A DNA stretch of 64,000 bases from Ostreococcus lucimarinus (lineage: Eukaryota), in assembly GCA_000092065.1 (NCBI GenBank), contig CP000582.1, one strand, 5' to 3'. Position numbers and translations under genes: made by a program. Of this stretch, positions 43,101 through 52,100 are shown in pieces. Below the pieces are notes generated by a model. That model was given only the letters and a program-made list of their open reading frames with translations, made no database searches and was not told the DNA's origin. The first letter of the stretch is position 1. Each line of letters opens with the position of its first letter.

Positions 43101-46100
43101 CTTGCCAGTCGAACATCACGATGCTTTCAACGAAGCAGCCCACTTTTAAACGTGGGTCGCTTTCTCCAAGTTCATCCGACAAAATGCGCCGTGCTGTTGG
43201 CATGAGGGCAATACTGTCGCAGTTTGCGACGCCCGCTGCCCCATGTGAAGTTCCAGATGACACAGCAAGCACACACTGAAGGTTGGGTTGCACAAATGGT
43301 GCGTTTTGTGGTGAACGACACAGTGCTTCTATCCCGTGCGCTTCGTCACAGCTGTGTTCAACATTTTGCATTAAATATGTGCACAATTTTGAAATGGTGG
43401 GGAAGTCAAATACCAAAGATGGTGCTACTTGCCTGTCGAAGTGTGTCGATATTTTACTGGCTAACTCAATCGCAGATAAAGAATCCAAGCCGGCGTCGTG
43501 GAGGGGGATATCAGGGTCAACATCGAAACCAATCAATGTGCAAACCATCTTATGAAGTAAACTCAGACAGTCCTGGGTGGTGTGACACCGCACGCCTGAC
43601 GTAGTAAACTTTTTCTGACGCTCTAGCGTTGTTTGTTTATCAGCAATTTTCCGAGTGTGCACACTTTGCAAGCCGGTCGTATGTTTCTCAAGTAGCCAAT
43701 CAGCCTTCGTCGAGTCACTGGTGAATGCGTTCTGGCATACGACGAGCACTGCGCCACATGATAGAGGTGCATTTTCTATTCTGCGCATGGTACTTTTCAG
43801 CGCAGCGAGGGCAGTCTTTGGGTCCATGAAGCCAACTCCTAGACGCGACATATTTCGTTCTATGTACTTATTACGGATCGCCATTCCGACCTTCCCCCAG
43901 GCGCCCCATTGAACGCTGCACACAGGGCGACCAGCTGTGTGCTCAAATTGAGCGAGAGTATCCAAGGCAGAATTTGCGCATGAATAATTTGCCTGTCCTG
44001 GTGAACCTATTCGTGCCGTTATGGAAGAAAAGAAAATGGCGCTTAAAAGCGGTTTGCTTGAGTATAGATCAGCGTCAATGGTGAGAACTTTAGGAGCAAA
44101 GACTTCACGAATGCGTGCTGGCGTTTGTCGCAGAAGCAAGGCATCCGATGTACAACCTGCCGCATGAATAAAGCATAATGAATCCACAGCGTATCGATTT
44201 ATCTGTATATTAGTGTGTACGTAGGATTGTACAAACGACACAACGCTGTCACTGTACTGATGCTGTCTTAGCATACAGTTTGTTCGTCCAAAGCGACTCA
44301 TTAGTGTATGTGGTGAGCTGTACCTCATTAGGAAAGTACTAGTGAGTTGCCCTGTAGCTCCTGTTCCTCCCATGATGAAGTAAGACCGATTAAGATCGCA
44401 GGAGGCTATGAATTCACTTTTGTTACGATCGAGCTTGATCTTATGTATTTTGCGATTAGAGCACGCCAACTGTTGAGCAAGAGATTCTTTTAGGCACCGG
44501 TGCAATACATGAAATTTTCTCAGACTTTTGTATTGCGTAAAAGCCTGTAGTAGGATGCTAGAGTGTTGAAACGGCGCATCTTCACCCCGTACAACTAGGG
44601 AAACATTTTCTTTGATGCATTCAGTCTCAGCGCATCGGAACAGTGATGCAAGATACTTGATGGAATTCGTCTCACATAGCTCAACTCGACCTTCCATTTG
44701 CAGCACATAGGCGTGCAATACCATCACCGCATGAGCGACTATTTTTTCACGCATCAGTGATATAAATCGCGCGTGTGCTTGAGTGGTACAAGGTCTTAAG
44801 CTTGTGCTTGGTGAAAATCTTGACACGTACTTGACAATATTGATTCCATTGCTCAAATTATTTTTATGTGGATACCCATTTGCCTTTGTGCGTAGCATTT
44901 TGCATTTCACTTTGAATAACACCACGCAGCCAACCAGATGATTGCCAAGACTCTCACCATGGCTGTCCAATTCAATGTTACAGCGCGTACTTATGCGCCG
45001 CACTGACGTGATCTCAGGAGGAGATGTGCTACAAAACTTTATTATGGTCGGCAGCATCGTCACACACTTTGATACTTTCTGTCCATCTATGACTCCCACA
45101 CTGATCTGCAGAGTCGCGTCAATAATTGAGGGCACATGGCCTGATGTGAAGTTTGTTGATGCAGTCTCAACATGAGCGAGTGCAATGTTCAACCGACGCC
45201 CACTGTCGAAGATCGGGCTCAATGTCTGCGAAGAGAAAACATAAAGTGTGTTGTGTCTATCGCACTTCTTGGATGCATGCTTTATCCTTGCACGACAATG
45301 CTCACCTTGTGAAGTTTCCACTTTGATCGCACCGGTTATGGCGCGGACAGAAACTTCTATACGTTGGTGGTACTGCAAAAGTAATGGCCTCACAATCGCA
45401 AGATCTTGAACCATTGCAGTGTGTAAATCAAATGTACCGCACGCTTGAGCCATGTAATCTATGTACCCAGCCGCTGGAAATAACGGTTTTCCATGGATGC
45501 AATGGTCCGACAGCGCTGGTGTCGGCTGATGGAGGCGCGAAACAATCGAATTGTGGCACACTTTTATCGACGCACCCGAGCTGTGCACTGGAGATGCAAA
45601 CCAGCACTGATTGCAGGAGAATAGCTTGGATGCGACACTATTGCAAGAACAGCCAGAATTTCGTGCTGTCGCCGATAATATCGCGTGAGCGTTTGTACCT
45701 TGAAATGCAAACGAGCTCGTTCCCGTCTTCGCATTTGCTTTATGCACATGCTGGCACGAAGCAGAAGCAGATCGCGGCACAGCAACGTTTGGCTCTTGAG
45801 AGGGATTTATTGACATTGCGTGCCACGCATGTACGTTGAGTAAGCGCATGTGCATTATGCCAGTGTGTCTTTGCATTTCTACGGCACGTGATGCACTTAT
45901 GAGCCCCGCCATACCGGCAGCACATTCAGCGTGCCCCATGTTCGTTTTGATTGCATGCAATCGTAAAGTTTCTGCCTGACCCAAAACAGACATCGCGCCT
46001 CCTACTTCTATGGGGTCACCAAGTGGCGTCCCAGTTCCATGCATTTCAAGGGCCCGCACTTCTAATGGCCGAGTCGAAGCGTTTGCCAGGGCTGATTTGA

Positions 46101-49100
46101 TGACTCTGGTCTGCGATGGTCCATTTGGCGCCGTCAACGAGCTCGTTCGACCGTCTTGATTTACTGCGGTCCCACACAGCCACACGCTCTCGCTATTGAC
46201 ATTCGCGGTTGGACTCAGTAATAATGTATCACAGCTTTCGGCTCGCACGTAACCATCCGCGGCCGCATCGAGCGTCTTGCAGCGGCCATCAGGCGCTAGC
46301 ATACCAGCGCGTAGAAACATGGCCGTCGTAGTCTCGGTGAGGATGAGGTTCACGCCACCCGTTACAGTTGAGTCGCACTCACTCTGAAATACAGATGCCA
46401 CACCGAGATGGACTGCCACAAGGGACGAGGAGCAGGCAGTGTCGATACTCATCGCCGATCCTGTGAGATCGAATGTGAAGCATATCCGTCCAGAAGCGAC
46501 ACTCAACGCTTGTGATGTAGCATCTAGTGCACTTGCGGGGACACTTGTGGTTGTGCGCATGACCTCACCATACTCCATCCAAGCGATTCCAATAAACACA
46601 GAAGTGTGAGATATTGTGTATTTCGGTAGACATAGCGAGCTCACGCAGTGTAGTAGCAGACGCTGCTGTGGGTCCATGCTGATCGCCTCTGCTTTTCCAA
46701 TTCGGAAACCTTGCCAGTCGAACATCACGATGCTTTCAACGAAGCAGCCCACTTTTAAACGTGGGTCGCTTTCTCCAAGTTCATCCGACAAAATGCGCCG
46801 TGCTGTTGGCATGAGGGCAATACTGTCGCAGTTTGCGACGCCCGCTGCCCCATGTGAAGTTCCAGATGACACAGCAAGCACACACTGAAGGTTGGGTTGC
46901 ACAAATGGTGCGTTTTGTGGTGAACGACACAGTGCTTCTATCCCGTGCGCTTCGTCACAGCTGTGTTCAACATTTTGCATTAAATATGTGCACAATTTTG
47001 AAATGGTGGGGAAGTCAAATACCAAAGATGGTGCTACTTGCCTGTCGAAGTGTGTCGATATTTTACTGGCTAACTCAATCGCAGATAAAGAATCCAAGCC
47101 GGCGTCGTGGAGGGGGATATCAGGGTCAACATCGAAACCAATCAATGTGCAAACCATCTTATGAAGTAAACTCAGACAGTCCTGGGTGGTGTGACACCGC
47201 ACGCCTGACGTAGTAAACTTTTTCTGACGCTCTAGCGTTGTTTGTTTATCAGCAATTTTCCGAGTGTGCACACTTTGCAAGCCGGTCGTATGTTTCTCAA
47301 GTAGCCAATCAGCCTTCGTCGAGTCACTGGTGAATGCGTTCTGGCATACGACGAGCACTGCGCCACATGATAGAGGTGCATTTTCTATTCTGCGCATGGT
47401 ACTTTTCAGCGCAGCGAGGGCAGTCTTTGGGTCCATGAAGCCAACTCCTAGACGCGACATATTTCGTTCTATGTACTTATTACGGATCGCCATTCCGACC
47501 TTCCCCCAGGCGCCCCATTGAACGCTGCACACAGGGCGACCAGCTGTGTGCTCAAATTGAGCGAGAGTATCCAAGGCAGAATTTGCGCATGAATAATTTG
47601 CCTGTCCTGGTGAACCTATTCGTGCCGTTATGGAAGAAAAGAAAATGGCGCTTAAAAGCGGTTTGCTTGAGTATAGATCAGCGTCAATGGTGAGAACTTT
47701 AGGAGCAAAGACTTCACGAATGCGTGCTGGCGTTTGTCGCAGAAGCAAGGCATCCGATGTACAACCTGCCGCATGAATAAAGCATAATGAATCCACAGCG
47801 TATCGATTTATCTGTATATTAGTGTGTACGTAGGATTGTACAAACGACACAACGCTGTCACTGTACTGATGCTGTCTTAGCATACAGTTTGTTCGTCCAA
47901 AGCGACTCATTAGTGTATGTGGTGAGCTGTACCTCATTAGGAAAGTACTAGTGAGTTGCCCTGTAGCTCCTGTTCCTCCCATGATGAAGTAAGACCGATT
48001 AAGATCGCAGGAGGCTATGAATTCACTTTTGTTACGATCGAGCTTGATCTTATGTATTTTGCGATTAGAGCACGCCAACTGTTGAGCAAGAGATTCTTTC
48101 AGGCACCGGTGCAATACATGAAATTTTCTCAGACTTTTGTATTGCGTAAAAGCCTGTAGTAGGATGCTAGAGTGTTGAAACGGCGCATCTTCACCCCGTA
48201 CAACTAGGGAAACATTTTCTTTGATGCATTCAGTCTCAGCGCATCGGAACAGTGATGCAAGATACTTGATGGAATTCGTCTCACATAGCTCAACTCGACC
48301 TTCCATTTGCAGCACATAGGCGTGCAATACCATCACCGCATGAGCGACTATTTTTTCACGCATCAGTGATATAAATCGCGCGTGTGCTTGAGTGGTACAA
48401 GGTCTTAAGCTTGTGCTTGGTGAAAATCTTGACACGTACTTGACAATATTGATTCCATTGCTCAAATTATTTTTATGTGGATACCCATTTGCCTTTGTGC
48501 GTAGCATTTTGCATTTCACTTTGAATAACACCACGCAGCCAACCAGATGATTGCCAAGACTCTCACCATGGCTGTCCAATTCAATGTTACAGCGCGTACT
48601 TATGCGCCGCACTGACGTGATCTCAGGAGGAGATGTGCTACAAAACTTTATTATGGTCGGCAGCATCGTCACACACTTTGATACTTTCTGTCCATCTATG
48701 ACTCCCACACTGATCTGCAGAGTCGCGTCAATAATTGAGGGCACATGGCCTGATGTGAAGTTTGTTGATGCAGTCTCAACATGAGCGAGTGCAATGTTCA
48801 ACCGACGCCCACTGTCGAAGATCGGGCTCAATGTCTGCGAAGAGAAAACATAAAGTGTGTTGTGTCTATCGCACTTCTTGGATGCATGCTTTATCCTTGC
48901 ACGACAATGCTCACCTTGTGAAGTTTCCACTTTGATCGCACCGGTTATGGCGCGGACAGAAACTTCTATACGTTGGTGGTACTGCAAAAGTAATGGCCTC
49001 ACAATCGCAAGATCTTGAACCATTGCAGTGTGTAAATCAAATGTACCGCACGCTTGAGCCATGTAATCTATGTACCCAGCCGCTGGAAATAACGGTTTTC

Positions 49101-52100
49101 CATGGATGCAATGGTCCGACAGCACTGGTGTCGGCTGATGGAGGCGCGAAACAATCGAATTGTGGCACACTTTTATCGACGCACCCGAGCTGTGCACTGG
49201 AGATGCAAACCAGCACTGATTGCAGGAGAATAGCTTGGATGCGACACTATTGCAAGAACAGCCAGAATTTCGTGCTGTCGCCGATAATATCGCGTGAGCG
49301 TTTGTACCTTGAAATGCAAACGAGCTCGTTCCCGTCTTCGCATTTGCTTTATGCACATGCTGGCACGAAGCAGAAGCAGATCGCGGCACAGCAACGTTTG
49401 GCTCTTGAGAGGGATTTATTGACATTGCGTGCCACGCATGTACGTTGAGTAAGCGCATGTGCATTATGCCAGTGTGTCTTTGCATTTCTACGGCACGTGA
49501 TGCACTTATGAGCCCCGCCATACCGGCAGCACATTCAGCGTGCCCCATGTTCGTTTTGATTGCATGCAATCGTAAAGTTTCTGCCTGACCCAAAACAGAC
49601 ATCGCGCCTCCTACTTCTATGGGGTCACCAAGTGGCGTCCCAGTTCCATGCATTTCAAGGGCCCGCACTTCTAATGGCCGAGTCGAAGCGTTTGCCAGGG
49701 CTGATTTGATGACTCTGGTCTGCGATGGTCCATTTGGCGCCGTCAACGAGCTCGTTCGACCGTCTTGATTTACTGCGGTCCCACACAGCCACACGCTCTC
49801 GCTATTGACATTCGCGGTTGGACTCAGTAATAATGTATCACAGCTTTCGGCTCGCACGTAACCATCCGCGGCCGCATCGAGCGTCTTGCAGCGGCCATCA
49901 GGCGCTAGCATACCAGCGCGTAGAAACATGGCCGTCGTAGTCTCGGTGAGGATGAGGTTCACGCCACCCGTTACAGTTGAGTCGCACTCACTCTGAAATA
50001 CAGATGCCACACCGAGATGGACTGCCACAAGGGACGAGGAGCAGGCAGTGTCGATACTCATCGCCGGTCCTGTGAGATCGAATGTGAAGCATATCCGTCC
50101 AGAAGCGACACTCAACGCTTGTGATGTAGCATCTAGTGCACTTGCGGGGACACTTGTGGTTGTGCGCATGACCTCACCATACTCCATCCAAGCGATTCCA
50201 ATAAACACAGAAGTGTGAGATATTGTGTATTTCGGTAGACATAGCGAGCTCACGCAGTGTAGTAGCAGACGCTGCTGTGGGTCCATGCTGATCGCTTCTG
50301 CTTTTCCAATTCGGAAACCTTGCCAATCAAAGTTCGACACGTTTCTCAGTTTCCACATCGCGCACGACAAGTTTTCATCAAAGTGATAATAATGATCTGT
50401 TTCGAGAAGCTGTGTCAATTGAGTAGAAACCAGCACGTGTGTTCGCGTAGCTAACAAAAATAGATGATTCTCAGAGTGTTGACGCAATTCGTGTTCAACT
50501 GTCGCGTTCTGTGTCGTCTCCGTAGACTGTCTATATGTTGACTGATCCGTGTTCGTAATAAACGCTGTGATGTCATTGACCGTAGGATAGTCATACAGAA
50601 ATGTTGTCGGTAAGTCAATCTGGAAATACTCACTCATTTCAGCGATTATCACTACTGTCTGTGCTGAAGAAAGTCCCAGTGAATGTATAATCGGCTCATA
50701 CACACATTCAAGTGGAGAAAGTGAATGTGCGCAGCTTTGCAAAGCCTGTAGAACAAGCCATTTATCGTGCTTCTCAACACACTTTTTGGGATGTTTGCCG
50801 GAGAAAGCGCATGTCTGGTTATTTTGATTCGAAGACAGTCGATGTGACGATGGCATTCCAAACAGAAGCACGTCACAAAGAGACGTGACCTGCTCTTTTG
50901 CAATATTGTTATCTTCAACAGTTGGTGCGAGGTCTATATCGCTTCGATATCTTTGTTCGGCAAGCCGAGCACACGGGTACAGTATCGTACCATCGAAAGT
51001 ATCATGCATGTTAGTAACATCTCGTGAATCACTTTTTACGAGTTGGTATGGAGTTCCCGAACAGTTGAAAAAATCCGTCCTCTGTTGAAAGTCTCGCATT
51101 AATGCAAACTTGGAAGCGACTAGCATTTTACCATAATGAAATGGGAGGGTAACAAGTATTGGGCACAGTTTATTGATTTTGGTTTTCGTATCAATCAAGT
51201 CAGTTTGTCTCTCTGCTTCAGCCTCGGCGACGAGAAAAAATATCGAAATACCAGTTGTTGACCCTCCCAGTATGAAACTATCATTATCATTCTCGAGAAG
51301 GAGTCTTATGCGCTCAGCTGGATAAAGCTGTGTATTCAGTCGTTCCACGAATTCAGCCACTTTTGCACGAGTCCATCCACGAAACGCGAACATGTGCACG
51401 CGATTGCAAAGTGACTGATTTCTCAAATCGTTGTCACAAAATACAGTCATATGCCTGACCGTGGACTTTGCCCGAATGGATAACCATAGAAGAAACTTTG
51501 CAATTAATATAGGATACGCCCAGTGCATCCAAGAGTAAGTGAACTTTGCACCAGTCGAAAAAATATTTGAAGAAACTTCCTGTGAGATCCAGCCTTGCGA
51601 GTGCCCGATACTATGGTAGAAAGGTTGAATCTTTCGAAAGAGCAACTTGGAGCTTTTGAGAAACGTACTGAAGTGTACTATGTAGGTCAGTGAAGATGAT
51701 ATCGACGACTCCGCAAATTTATCAATCAATCTTACTTTCATCGGAATTGATTTTGAATAGCATTGTATTCGAATGTGATAGGCATCTGAATTATCGATCG
51801 AGGTTTCATCCAACGCACTGAGACCTTGGCCAGCAAAATTGAATGCATATTCCGTTGACCGTGGCGCAATCTTCGAAACATTATACGAAAAATGCGGTCT
51901 GCGAAGAAGCAGAGATCCATGTCGATAAACTGTTGGATCAAACCGTCTTCTACTCCGCGCCTGTTGAAATAGTTTTGCAGTATGCAAGGTTTCCTCAGGG
52001 CACTTTCCATAACTTTGCATTGAAGCAAAGTAATAGAAGGAGCTCAAATCAACGTCATGATCGAATGCGTCAGTCTGAACACTAAAAAGCTCATCGAAAA

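Larger units (their letters stand above)
41650..50330. repeat. Tandem repeat B: 3609-bp unit x ~2.4 (41650-45258, 45259-48867, 48868-~50330 partial), ~99.9% identical. Each unit is one DH-KR-ACP-KS block.
   Basis: ORFs recur at 41775/45384/48993 and at 42131/45740/49349. Only a few SNPs differ between copies (44482 vs 48091, 45507 vs 49116, 46451 vs 50060). Confidence 0.9.

Noticed and set aside
3588-50330. Possibility that the periodic repeats are a CRISPR array or satellite DNA
   Set aside because: The units are 3.6-3.7 kb of protein-coding sequence (complete PKS modules), not short repeat-spacer structures.
1-52000. Dozens of 60-150-aa + strand ORFs (and a few minus-strand ones) in the track, many recurring at 3702- and 3609-bp periods
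   Set aside because: They are antisense or out-of-frame shadows of the PKS coding strand. Their periodicity simply mirrors the module repeats, and none has recognisable motifs.
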